From positions 310,001 through 374,000 of the forward strand of contig JBEUKZ010000096.1 of NCBI GenBank assembly GCA_048128005.1: a stretch of DNA of 64,000 bases. The letters run 5' to 3'. The notes beneath the pieces are model-generated. The model was not told the origin of the DNA. It searched no databases and was given only the letters and a program-made list of their open reading frames with translations. This stretch comes from Veleropilina oligotropha. Taxonomy: Eukaryota. This document shows, piece after piece, positions 43,101 through 58,100 of the stretch (positions are counted from its first letter, which is position 1; every line of letters begins with the position of its first letter). The position numbers and the translations under genes were made by a program.

Positions 43101-46100
43101 AGAGGTGAACAAAACTGCAGAACGTCAAGAAAGCCATGCATGATCTCTCATCCCTGACCACCATCACACCCCAGTGGATTCAGCCCTATGAAATCGCAGT
43201 GAACGAAAAGGCCGATGATCTTTCCAAAGTAGACAGCAGAATGGGCCAATTCGGCACCTGTGACCTACAGAGAGGCCAAAACCATCATCCACAATCAGTA
43301 CCGGCCCAGTGGATGAAAACAGTGGTGTTGACCGGATTCATCGGCTAACAATCCTCTTCAGACTGAGAACAGCGCAGCATAACTTAGCACATACTACATT
43401 CCGCCTCTATATATTTATTACACAGATGCCATGGGGGTATCCCATAGACAGGTTTGAAGATGGATGACCTTGACCTATTTAGTCATTTGCCTGTAAAATG
43501 TTTAACGTCAAACAGGCATCATGACAACAGTCTCTAGATAGGGCATTAAATTCATATAATATTCTTAATATTATCTTTTATCAGGAGGACATCAACTCTG
43601 ACTTGAACGGGTTATTGGAACACCAGTCCGTGTTGGAAAACAAAATGACCAGCCTGCATCGGATCCTGTAAGTTTGTAAACTTTTTGCCTACATATATGG
43701 CTGTTGGTCAGAGGTTGTCGAAAATTACTCAAAACTTATACACGTATGTATTATAATGATGTAGATGAACTTGTAAGAATTTCATTAATCATTGTAAAAT
43801 GACCAAGGATCAAGTCATTGGTCAAGTTTTAGCTCATAAAAGGTCCAAAACACTTTTCCAACAACATCTCCGTATTTTAGTAATTTACTAAGCCAAAATG
43901 GCCGACATTTAACCATATAAAAGGTCAAATTGATTTCATTTGAATCAGTTTTAGTATTATAACCATATTTTTACTCGTATCTGCAATCAATGACTCCGTT
44001 TGGTGTCTCTATCAGATAAATTGAAAGATAATCTGTGCAATGCATTATGGGATGGAAGTATACCTGGGTGAGGCATCATAACCTTGTGGCTACTCCAATG
44101 TCAATCATTGAATGAAACTTAACATTAGGTCCTTTTTCAACTTCGACAAATGATGTAAAGTCATTACGTAGTTTTTAGCCCTAATGATATTAGCTAAATT
44201 TAAAAAAAATGTGCAATATGAACTCTTTAAGCACTTTTTAAAAATTCGAATAAAATGCTACAAAGTGTAATGAATCTGCAACCGCTTGTTTTAGTTACCT
44301 ATGATAAAATGAGCAAGCATTATTTATGTGTTTCTTGCAAATAAGTGGGGTGTCACATTTTGCTCTGAAGTTTGCAAATTTTTTATTACTATTTCATAAA
44401 AAATTTGGAGTCATCTAGATTACACCATTAACTCTTTCATCATTGAGTATTCCAGAGAACAATAGTCATACACACGGAATATGCTGCCTATTTTTCATAT
44501 ACCTTATGTGATATCAACAGTTTCCATTGACTAACTTTATGGAAAACTATATATTTTTATGATCGGGATATAATGGGGATCTTTATAAGTATATTCAGCT
44601 GAAAGGTATTACTCACTAACTTAATTACAGATGAGATGAGGTCGATATATATTTATGAAATAATGATTTAGGTATTTGGCCACTTTCATAAATAATCATT
44701 TTATGAATATAATTTAAATAAAACATTGAATAACCTAACATTAACTTTCAAAATAAATTATATATCATTATTACTATTAGTTTCATCGAAAATACAGATT
44801 CTTGAGGCCAGAATAAATAAAATAAGACAATAACATTGTTTAACATCATAGCCCGCTATAGCGGGCTGCCATGGTGAAAGGTGACGTCATTTTCTGCCCA
44901 CTATAGCGGGCTGCCATGATGAAAGGGTTAAACAAACTTTTCATTTGCAGCCCAAACCTTCAGATTTTAGAATCAGATTCCAAACAGCTCAGCAATATGA
45001 TCACCTTCACGTCTACGTTAGCCGAGAATGTTAGCAGCAAAGTACGACAGCTCGACTTGGCTAAGGTAGGAATAATAACTGGATTTGTCGTGTATGCACT
45101 ATATTATGTATGTAATTGAGAACAAAGACATTTCAATGTGCAAAGTGCTCAATCATCTATATTTTGTTGAAAGCCTTGAAAAACGAAAGATTGTTTTTTC
45201 AGATATTAAAATATGTTGATACATTTGTAACACAACATGAATGTTGCCCACAATGAGAAAGTTGGTAACGAGTCTTGATCTTCATTCTTGGGTTTCTATA
45301 ATATGTGCAGTCTCCATTACGGAGAGTGACAATTCGTTTCATCATTCACAGCCGACTAGCTATACCTATTGTTAATACATTATTGCCATGGTCATTTATC
45401 ATCGATTTATCCGTTACATTTAGAGCCGGGTCACAGAGTGCATGCAGAAAGTGGAAGACGTGTTGGACCTGAAGTTCTGTACCGATGGCGTTCAAGCAGC
45501 GTTGCAGAATGAGGATTATGAAAAGGTCAGATAATTATTCCATAATTTAAACGAATATTGTTTAATATCATGTTCATTAATTAACGATCAACATTATTGA
45601 TGATACATGTACATGTATTACATGTATTAATTTGATTTTATATTTTGTGTAATAATGTCATCATGCGACGGTTACTGCTGTATGTTATATTCCATGAATA
45701 TCGCCATGTCGCTCATCAACTAATATGATCAACTTGTACTGTACCTCATTCAGACTTTTGGTAAATGAAAATAAGACAGGCTAAAATTTATGTTTAGATT
45801 CTCATGCACCGCTCGCATCTAATTGATCAAATATATTTTTTACTATATATTTTAACAGCAATCGTTTTAGACGTAGGTTTCTTCTTCATGTTTCAATACC
45901 GTAAAAAGTTTACAAAAAACATCCCCCTGTCCCCTTTTCATCCAAAAAAATGGAAAAAAGACGCCATCTCATCACTTTTTTTTCAAAATGAGCCTGAGAA
46001 TCTAAATAATAATTATATGCAGCTTGACTGTATGTTATATCAGTGGTTTAAGCACACCTTCTGTGATGCTGTTTTGTCAGACCCTGTACACTCTCATATG

Positions 46101-49100
46101 ATAGTCATACAGATTCTGAAAGTATCTTCTGCTTAAAAAATAAAATGACTGCCAAATTTTACGCAATACATTTACTTCAGGTCAATTTACTCCATTTCTT
46201 TATTTAACATATCTTGAACCTGAAATTGCAATATAGCATTTACAAAAATATTATGACGATAATGATGAATTGATATTTAGTGATCACGCCAACAATATTT
46301 TAGTTATGAATTGGGTCAATCAACTTTGATAGATGACATGAATTGGTGCTGTGTGCAATGGAGGCAACGATCATGGGATAAATTCCCGGGGGTGAACCCG
46401 TGACCTTCCATTAATAAACAAGGACCGTATACACTCGGCCATGCTGCCCCACGATTTATGTTGAACAAATATGAAATGACATTAAATAATTACATATTAA
46501 AATGTGTTATGTTAGTTACAAGTATTATTATAAAGACTCACTAGTTGGCATGATTAAACCGTCATTTAAACTTTCCGGAGTGCCAGAATCCTTATAATAC
46601 TGATGAAATCATTTTATTCATTTTCTATTTCAGGCTGCTGGTCACATTCATAGATTTTTAAGTCTGGATGAAAATGTCCTGCGCATGAGCTCAGATGCAA
46701 ATGAAGGTAATACTATGGTCTACCGCGGAAAAAGCCTTTAATTCCTGTGATGGACAAAGTTCAATATCACATTTTACAAAATGGTTGTCTGGATCAACTG
46801 ACAGTACCCATTATGCTGTTGAAATGCAGACTGCTTTCACTTGTCAAACATCGAGGACTGAATAACATATTTATTAGATGGTTATACGTTGTAGATTGTA
46901 GGATTGATAAAATGGTCCTAAAGGATGATATTGCAAGTAATTTGACTTACTTTTAAGAAAATCTTAGATTTATCATTACACCAAATAACATAGATTGTTT
47001 TATAATTATAATTTTTGTACCCCTTGAAATGGCAAATGATAATTGTTGAAATTGTGAACATCTAGAAATTTGCGAGCGTTTTATGATAATTATTCCTTGC
47101 GTTATGTTTTGTTTAGGGAGCACTTTGGAAACGTCGTTTAGGCTTTTGCATGAAGCCGAGGAGAAGTTAAAGAATATTGTCCACAATAAATTTGACGCCT
47201 CCGTTCACTCTGGTGACGTGGCTTCAGTCGAGAGGTTCTTCAAAATATTTCCATTACTGGGACTTCATGACGAAGGTTTAAACAAATTTGGGAAATATCT
47301 CTCAGCTCAGGTGAGTCATGTGATTATCCTACTGAACAGACACGACAACCAGGGAGACAGGGCTTTCCTCTCACGATAAAATGGACATTTCTCGAGATGA
47401 CAATTTATTGTAAAATAGATTGTTCATGATCCTAAAGGGTGATATTGTAGGTATTTTCAACATACTTTTAGAACTTTTTGTTGAAACTGAAATCTCCGAC
47501 ATTTCGACATTATCGAATGGCATAACCAAGTCCATTCAATAATGACCAAAAACGTCGGAAATTTCATTTTCAAGAAAAAGTCCTAAAAGTAAGTAGAAAA
47601 TACATACATATCTGTTATAAATATAATGTGATGTGAATCAGTTTAGTTTTATACTCAAAGGTTGACCATTTTTCTGTCGTATCTGTCGTCAGTACACAAT
47701 GTCATGCATAAAAACAATAAAATGAATGTGCTGACGTAGCTTTGTAGTAGAGCGCAGAATTTATTGCAGCTGTCCGTGGTTCGATCTCTGGTATCGGCAA
47801 TTACTCTGTTAGACTCTCGGGCAATTACGTGTGTATATGAAGAGGTCATTTTCAAAATGCGATATATGCCATTTTATCATAGTATGAAAGTGGTGTTAGA
47901 TTATAATATAACTTACAATAGATATATAGCCTAATAAATCGGATGCCTTTGTTATCATACCGCGATACAGCACATACATTTTAGCCACAAAATGGTTTGT
48001 TTTATAATATTTCATGACACAATTTACGCCAAATGTTTATTTCCAATGTTTTACACATAATATCATAGAACGGATATTTCGCGATTTGGAAATGAACTCT
48101 TCATATATAAATATATGCGCCTTGGATTATTCAGTGAGTCAACATATTAGTTATGTAACAGATGACATTACATGTAATGAATATTTAATGATAAATTTGA
48201 CCTTTTTTAAATCCTTGAATTTATAATTGTAAAATTTTACTTTATGATTACTGTTAAAAATAAATTATCATGATTTAACATTTTCTATTTATAACTATTT
48301 AGCTTTCCGAAACAGCTCACAAAAATTTACAGTTGGCACTCATAACAGAAGATGACCAGAAACGGGCGAATGTGTTGTATGCAGACACTATCACGCTGCT
48401 GTTTGAAGGAATCGCTCGAATCGTGGAGATACACCAACCCCTAGTGGAGACATACTATGGTAAGACCAGTGCAGTTAGGTAGCCATAAATACTACTACAT
48501 AACTCTTGCTATACATGAGTGATATCCTTAATGAGTGTGGCATCATGTGTATCAATCGTCTATTGTTGTACAAATAATATTGTGTCGTTTAGTTAATTTT
48601 GTTAAATTTTCTTTGGTATTTATTGAATATATATTCTAATAGTGAATTCCGATATACCCCAGTGACTATCGCTTTCCTTTGTGGATAATCATTAGATTCA
48701 TTTCGGTTAGAGTGAATAATTGCACTATATCATCAATTTTTGTCATGCATTTTTCTTATGTTTTCATGTACTTATTGAGATGCAGGAACTGCGGAGTATT
48801 GTTATAAGCTGCTTTTGAAACTATTATCCCCTACACTTCAAATTTTGCACTCTTATCTCATTGAACAAAAATTCAGGTCACTTTTACAACTTTTTCATCC
48901 GATGTTTCAAGTAACACCCTCTTCTGTAATGGAATTTGGTAAATTTGTAGGTAGTATCCCACATCTGTTGTGCAATTTAGTAACAAACTCTGACACCGTG
49001 TCATATTCAATTCAAATATAATTGTTTCAAAAATACACGTACCTTGCAATCGGCCAAATTACTGCTTTGGGTAAAGAAGCGGTATATGGCTATTGCGACG

Positions 49101-52100
49101 ATACGTTTGCTGCACACATTGACGATTTATTTCTGCTTAAAATATCTAAACCTGTCAATAAAATCTATTTCCCAACTTTTTGTGTTTATACCCTTACAAT
49201 CCAACAAAAAGTGTGAATAATATACCTGTTTAATCGTGAAATATATGCATATATGTCGAATGTTTCACATGTAGATCGAAATTGAAAGAATATCCGTTCT
49301 GGCTTCCTGACCTGTTGTGATTGGCTATACAAAAATAGCCTGGTGCGAGGTTAATCATAGGACACGCGTGGCAGTTGTGCCCAATGTTAAAATACCCAAG
49401 TTATAAGTTTGTCACTGCCCAACCTTCGAATTTGCTATTGTCAAATAAAATTCAGTACATATCGATTTTTTTAAACGCGTGTATATTTGCGGAACAATAT
49501 GTCAGTTCTAGTTACAACAATACTTGTAAATGCGACAAGTTGCTTAGTTAATATTATTATGGAAAGTTGAACAATGGCGTAGTTAACCTGGGCAGTGCCC
49601 AGATTAACTGGCCGATACAGCGCCACCTACATCGAAAGTAAATAACTTTTGTTGTGGTGAATCAATTCATGTCGGGCATGATAAATATTAAAATATCAGG
49701 CATTTAAACAAAAGGCAGTCATTGCGATAATGAAGTCAACAGGCTGTAAAGAAAGTGGAACAATTAAGAGACTGTTAATAGCTGTTAGGAGAGCATATCA
49801 CTTCGAGCAGCAAGGCGCTATAATTATGACATCTGCGTTCGTCGGAGACGAAGATAAATAAATAAATACAAGTACCCGCGGTACGTCGATTTATATGAGA
49901 TAATTTAAGAACAACATACCAGATACATTTTAATGAACATACATTTGTATTGTATTAATTTTACTAAAAAAATGCACATCAATCATTGAATGAACTATAA
50001 TGGTAGTATTAATTTATTGCGTAGCATCATATCATCTAATATACAACATTCCTATAACGCTGTCGCATACAATGTGGCTCTGAAATTTTGGATCCCAACT
50101 ACCGCGTTATATCGGGTATGTTATATCGAGGTTGTAGTATACAGTGTACAGCTGACCTGTCTATGTATTGATTATTATACCCGCGTGCCACTTCTGACCA
50201 GAGCATATCTCCCAAACCATGCTAATTATCTTCACCAAACTTGGTATGCACACTAACTAGGTTAATTAGTTGTCTTTTGCTACTTTTACATTTCTGAAAT
50301 TAATATTTAAAAAATTGCTGATATAATTAATATTGACCTGGACTAAAATGATCAAAAACACTGAACACGGTGAACGCAAATTTTTTTAATAATGCTTTAA
50401 TTTGTAGTATTGAAATTTAATTTTCGAAGTGTAACTTTATTTCTTTTATTTACTTATGTAAATATTATGTATGTACGATGAAAGGGGCGTCCTTACCTGT
50501 AAGACTTGCTCACCATGATTAGGTACAGTAAGCTGTTAAGCTTATTCGTCACTCTGTGGAGCTGAGATTATCAAACAGATGAATTGAATGGATATTGAAA
50601 ACTGACTTCCTCATTGATTTATTCCATGAGTATCTTAAAATGGGATTGTATATTGCCATTACAAGAACAGACTGTATGTCCAGTGTATAATATCACTCTC
50701 TTCAACTGACCAGGGTTCGTATATAATTGAATCCCCAGACTATAGTGATGGACGGTGACTATGGTTTAGTCATCATTTCGTCACAGCGTCTGCAGAGATT
50801 TCTTATTTTTTAAAGAATAATGGCGGATATAACATTGATAGACTAGAATTATTGAAAGCACCGAACGGGGGTATGTAAGCTGTGCTTACTTCTTTCTTGT
50901 TTTAAATTTATGTCTAAATTTTTATTCATAAACAATATGTTTAATTAATAAAACATTGTAATTGTAAACATATTTAATATACAATGACATTAAAAACAAT
51001 AATTAGTCAAAAGATATAATGTGTTCTTTACTTCATATATTATATGGCCTACAAAATTTACAATATTGTCACTTCTGTCTGACTTGTCATTGTTGTCTGT
51101 CAAAAGAAAATTCACTTAATTTTCCCCGTCAATTTCACCTCATTAACCATTCTATGGTCGGGCACGTTGTATTCAAGCCAGTGCGTAATGATGCACAATG
51201 ACCTTCATTTTGACCTATCAGGCTCTGGCATCGACAACTGCTTTGGTATTCGTAATTACGTTCAACTTCGGGCATCAACTGCAACTTGACAAATAAGTAT
51301 CTTTGTGTTGTGATGTGAAATCAATACTTTCGCTTTCAAACTTGTGTTTCAGCACTTTGCTTTTCGAGATGTGCTGTCTGTTGACAGGCCAATGACCACA
51401 GTTTCAATATATATTATAACTTGAGTAAAATCAAATGTGCATTCATGCATGCATATTATTATTACTGCATAGTTGTCAGTAATGAAGTAAGTTTTTATAT
51501 TCCGAAATTGTCTTCAGTCGCGTACTTCAGGGCTTATGACACGGCCACAACACGGTTACTTGAGTTTAATTGATCACGACCATCATTGATAATAAATACT
51601 ATAATGTGACGATATGCAGGTTCATCTACAAATAATTATTCGATATAAACAACATTCACAATGTTTTAATCAAGTCTCTTCTAATGAATTGTGCATTTGT
51701 GTCCCTTCAGTGCTTCAGCACTTTGATTTTATATTATTTCAGGCCCAGGACGGTTATATACGTTATTAAAAATATTGCAAAGAGAATGTGACCGACAATC
51801 CAGGCAGATAATAGGGGAGTTTAAGAAGAAGAGGGACTTTGACAGAAAGGTAACATTAGAATTATTTTAGTACCCAACAATCGAAACTAAACCTCTTCCT
51901 AGATTCGTTCTCTTCTAAATATCTATAAATTTATAACCCAATGTTATGTATTGCAGTTGTTGTTAATATCTTATTTTCACTTCACTTTGATTAATTATAT
52001 AGTTTTATTTCAAGACCATCTATGTTTCATTTCAGTCGCAACAAGTTCAACAATCTGCCATGTTTCAAAAACAGCCAGCGGCCGAAAGGTACCATTGCCA

Positions 52101-55100
52101 TCAATATCATACTTGATGTTGTGCAAACAACATACTTCATACTTCATGTCGTGCAAACAAATTAATATACTGTAATTAGGGTTTATCGACTTAGTATTTA
52201 GGAGGGCTTTAAAATTAAATTTGTTTGGGATATTGAGTCATATGTGAAATTATACTGTTTGCTATTTTGGGGTAGAATCATCCATAGGTTTAGATTTAAA
52301 TGTTGTGTTACCTATTCTACTATCTTTGATAGTTTCTCTATTAATATTTAAGGGCATCATTCATTTTCTTTCCAGGCTTGATCCAAAGGATCTTGACATC
52401 TTATTGTCTGAGGTCGTCCTAATCAATACAAGGACAGAGCTTTATTTACGGTTCATGAAGCGGAGATCAGTAGTATGTGCATCTTATTTTATCCGCTAAC
52501 TGCGATCGGATATAAATTATGCTTTGAAATTGACCCCTGTTGGTCTGTTTGTTTGACATTTAGCAAGATTATTTATAAAGATACTCAGGGGCAATTTATT
52601 ATTTTGGTCAAACTTTATATGGTGAAATTTTGGATCCGTTGACAGGACTATGTGCTCTATTGAGTCATAATAGATTTAAGGTGCACAATCTGATGCGAGG
52701 AATAATGGTGAGCTCTGCTAGTTGAAGCACTGATATAGTGTGCATGTTATGGGCATGTTACTTCGGAATGATAAATGACTATGATAAGTAAATGTCAAAT
52801 TTCTATCAATATTAATATATTGCAAAGTCTTGGCAGCAAAATAATTAATTTCCATAATAATTTTACTTAGGATATGAAAATTTCAACTTTTGTATTTTGA
52901 TTTTAGATGGATTTGGAGGTGGCCTATCTGGATGTGGAAACAAGGAAAGGTAACTCCAAGTAGATAACAAAGTAATACACTTCCTGACGTCTAATTTGGT
53001 AAAATAGTGATATTCGCATTAAAGTCGTGGAGTTTATAAAGAAAATGATAGGCTGCATTAATGATTACTTGTTCTACATGTACATGTGTGCATCATTTCA
53101 TTTATATTGTCAGTTAATATCAAATTATTTTGCTCCTGTATTTATACGTCACCAATAAGTAATAGATTTCTTTGATTAATTTACGTTTCATGCAGATTTC
53201 TTATAAATATTTCAGAAAAAGTCTCCGAGGTGGATTTGTTCTTGTCGACCTGTGACCTCAGCCGCCAGATGCAGGAGCTGATTGGCTGCTACATCATGAT
53301 GGAAGAGTTCTTCATGCGGGAAATGGTGGTCAAGGTAAGAAATCGGGGTTCCGTTTAACAAAAAATTGTACGATGGATCACCGATATAAAAATTATAAAT
53401 TGGTATACGCCAGGTTAACATCTAAACGTCCGTTTCACAAACATCATATGACAAAAGTTGTGCCAATTACATGCGTTTTTGAAAATACCTTATTGAAACC
53501 GTATAACGCTGATTCAGCTATATTATATGCAGACCATTAAAATAATATGCCATTTTGTTTTGTTGTTAGGCTGTCGCTATGGACGTCATAGAAGATGGAG
53601 CTTTGACGTCCAGTATGATCGATGATACATTTTTCATTGTGAAGAAAAGTGTCAGGTAAATATATGAATTTTGTACGAATCGTTGCTATTTACAGCATAC
53701 ATTTTACGGTCACTTGATCATCGTATTATTTTCAAAAGTTTGAAAATGTAAAGCAACGAAAACATGATATAAATTTTGTGAATACAAACACATATGACTT
53801 TTTATATTTTAATCTCTCAAATCCATCCTTGTACTCTAAATGTTAACAATGCGAAAACAATTTTGATTTTGTGTGAATAAATTACCTCGCGCAAAACTTT
53901 GATTGCCCTTAGGTATTACGATTATTCAAGGAGAGATTGAAGTTTTTAATTATTTCACGTTTCTATTTTGATATATAGAAATTGCTGGTGTAGGTCTGAT
54001 GAAATTTAAGCCACATTTCAATAAAAAGATAAAATTCCATCCGAAGTGAATCCATCATTCTATTTTGCAGTTTTCTGTAGGAGCCTCTTCTTTATTATCC
54101 CCCGCAAAAAATGCGGTCCATCCGTCCGCAAATTATATTTTCCGGAGCATATCTCATATACCGCTCGACATAACTTTTCGAAACGTCCTGGGTGTATCAA
54201 GTACTCAGCGAACTGGTGCCTTTTGCTAGTTTCGACGTCGTGTCGCTATTATTAACAGAGTTATGTCACTTGTTCTAAATTCGTTAATGTTATCTTTTCC
54301 GGAGCGTAGCTCATACACCGCTTGACATAACTTTACGAAACTTGCTGGATGTATTCAGTAGTCGGTGAACTGGTGCCTTTTGGTAGTTTTGATGTTGTGC
54401 GGCGATCATTAACAGAGCTATTTCCATTCTAAATTCGTTAAATTTTTCTTTTCCGGAGCATATCTCATACATCGCTTGACATAAGTTTACAAAACGTGCC
54501 GGATATGTTAAGTAGTCAGTGCACTGGTGCCTTTTGCTAGTTTCGATGTCATGTCGCTATTATTAACAGAGTTATTTCCCTTGTTCCAAATTCGTTAATG
54601 TTATCTCTTCCGGAGCCTAGCTCATACACCGCTTGGCATAACTTTACGAAACTTGCTGGATGTATTCAGTAGTCGGTGAACTGGTGCATTTTGCTAGTTT
54701 CGACGTTGTGCGGCGATCATTAACAGAGTTATTTCCCTTCTTCTAAATTCGTTAAATTTCTCTTTTCCGGAGCATAGCTCATACACCGCTGGACATAACT
54801 TTACAAACCTTGCTGGATGTATTAAGTAGTCGGTGAACTGGTGCCTTTTGCTAGTTTCGACGTTGTGTGGTGATCATAAACAGAGTTATTGCCCTTGTTG
54901 TTAATTTTTTCTGTTCTCCTTTCTGAAGCGTATCTCATAAACGGCTCGGCATAACTTTACGCAATTTGGTGGGTGTATTAAGCAGTTGTTGAACTTGTGC
55001 CTTTCGTTAATTTCGACATTGTACGTCAAATATTCACAGAGTTATTGCCCTTGCTTTAATTTTGTTATTCCCGACTATATCTCATACAGTGCTTGACTTA

Positions 55101-58100
55101 TCATTACGAAACATGGTGGGTGTATTTAGTAGTTGGTTAACTGGTGCCTTTTCATAATTTTAACGTGGCGTCATGATTAATGACAGAGTTATTGCCCTTA
55201 TTATTATTTAAATCAACGATATTGTTTCAAGAACATACAGCATATAGTAATTATTGTGAATGTACCATTGCGGGGGATATCGATGGCTTTGTCTTCGTGT
55301 TTCAGGATGGATTGCATGTGTGCTTTGCTGACATCCATCTTCCATATATTTGTACAAGTACCCTTCCGAAATCAAGCATGGATAGCATATGTATGTTGTG
55401 CTGCCCACCCGTCTTGCATTTTCTGTAGGGGCACCTTCGTCAATTCTAGCTTGGTCCACTTTGTTGTATACTGACTGTTCTGTACATTCATTTGTAGGCG
55501 AACCCTGTCCAGCTCCAGCGTGGATGGCGTTTGTGCGATGCTGAATCATGCATGCTCTATACTGGAGCAGGATTTCCGAGAGTCTCTCTACGCCCGCCTA
55601 AGGTCAGGGTTTCCCTCCGGATTCGATCTCCAACAAGCATACAATCTAGTCCAGTCCAGTTTCCAGCAAGGAAAGCTGACAAGTGCTGATACGGAGAAGG
55701 CCAAAAGTTTATTTCTGGTACCTAGTCTGCACTGCTCGTTGTCGTCCAATAAGATCACGTCTTTGGGTTTTTGTAATGAGACTTGTTATGTGGATTATCC
55801 TTAAGACATGGATGAGGCTTATTCGTTTTCAGTATTTACGTCCAACATTTCACAGACTTCTGGCCTTTGTTTAATAACAGAAAAATGTGTAAATGTTTCT
55901 TATTGTATGATATTTCATATTCATGATAAAACTGTAAGAACACAACTGTTGTTTTTATATCGATAAAACTTTCCCACTGGGTCAACCCTCGAACAATGAA
56001 GGGGATCTTTTACTTTTGACATTTGACCGATTTCTGACCCATGTTTGAAAACATGAAGAAATTTGCCAAAAATGCACCAAAAATATAATTATTGATAACA
56101 TTTTGGAAACATATTTGGTTGGCTGCATGTATGTTTGCTAACAGTTTATTATATAAGTATAAATGCAAAGTGGCCATATTTCATTGCTGTGTAAATCAGT
56201 AGCCAATCTAGCTGATACTTTATGCAGGTAGTTTCTTCTATTTTTTTTTCAGGTGACGCTTAATAATTCAGAAGTATGCTGTGATTATTTAAAAACTTTG
56301 AAATCCAGTTTAGAGGTGAGTTTTCACATTTTATATATAAATATGACAATATGGCTGGATGACTCGGTCATGTCCGAATCATAAAATAAATACATAAGAA
56401 ATATATCTTTATTAAGAAGAGTGAGAATCCAATAAATCATATTGTGTTATGTTAGATCGACCGGCTTGCCCTGTGAACTGTTGTTGCATTTGTATCATAC
56501 AGTAACACATATTTTCTGTTATTTGTCATATTGTACTTTGCATCAAATGCATGTATAATGATTTAGCACGGATCAGCCTGGCGATCGCCACTGTCGCCAT
56601 TTGCGCATTTTTTCTAAAAGTGGCGACAAAATTTCAAATCTGGCGATTTTTTTGTCGACATAAAAGTGGCACAAAAATGTAGTTGCAATATCAAGTTTCG
56701 AATGGAGACTCAATTACGCGACAAGACACTGCCAATTTAAAACAATATACCCACCGTTCGTAATTGTATCCGGCGCTAAAGTAGTATAAATTTGACATTA
56801 ATGCATATAGTAGGCTAATATCCGTTAATAAGTTCCTATGTTTCATAAATAATTTCAAAATAATTCAAGTAATAAAAATGTTGCAGGCATTCTAACTTGT
56901 ATTTCATCAGAAATATATCGACCTCCATGTGCTCGTATTGGTCCAAAAACAACATGGCAGAAATGTCGGCAGGGAGTAAATATCCCCACGCAACTATATT
57001 TTGCTGTATGAATGACAACATGGTGACATTTATCCCTATTATCGATGTAATATATTGCAAAAATAAACATTTGTACATCCATTAATATTTATTGTTCTTA
57101 ATTAATAGTTATTTGATAGTTGTTCCGCAGTCAAAAGTTAATGCATATCACATAATAAGCCATCCCGTAGCATGCAATCTGGCCCTACATGTCGGGATGT
57201 CAAACCATTATTTGTTATAAGTCATCAAGTCTAGCTGCTTTCGTGGACTAAAACAACATTATTTTTACTGACAATTTTGACCTAAGAAAATAAATATGGT
57301 TCGAGGTTTGGACTCCAAGTTTGATGCGTGAAATAATGACATTTAATAATTGCGTGTGACCTGAAAGGTCAATCCAAAGTGAGGTGTTAACATTGAACAA
57401 GAACTGGCCTGTTTCACACATTGCGTGTTGACTTTTAACTTTGAACTGTTGTCCAATTAACAGAGGTGTCGGATTGATAAAGTAAAGGTGCTGGGTTGGG
57501 TGCTAATCCGATTATCTTACAAAAATACAAGCTTGCGAGAAACAATAAGTGCATGCAAATAATCCTATCGGCCGCTTTGATATCTTCGGGAGACCTACAG
57601 ACGTGATGTTTACTTTGGGCTAATGCCGTTAAAATGCAATTGCCAACTTGGACCAACAACTCCATTGTTTATTAACTGCACAAACATCTTTGTTTTACTA
57701 TATTTTTAAACAAATAAACGATTTGCGATGTTTTCGGCATACATGCACTTGCATTACAATAATCCATGGTCACACAATGAACGATCATAATGACCTTTGA
57801 CCCGATGTGTCATGGAGGCAGACAAAAACACGCGACATGGCATAAAACAACAACAACTTTACATAGCATTTATTCTGAACTTTTCTAAGTTTATGGCCAG
57901 TAAATGTTTTTTCAGACAGTAAAATTACAATGCACCTGTAAACTGTATTTTCGTATTGTCATTTGCAGGAAAATGACATGCGACCTAAGGCTAATTAGGC
58001 TGTCTGTGAATGCGACTCTGCCAATCAGGAAAAATTCCAAATCCAACAAGAATATTTATGTCAATATATCATCGAATAGTATATTTTATACCAACATGCC

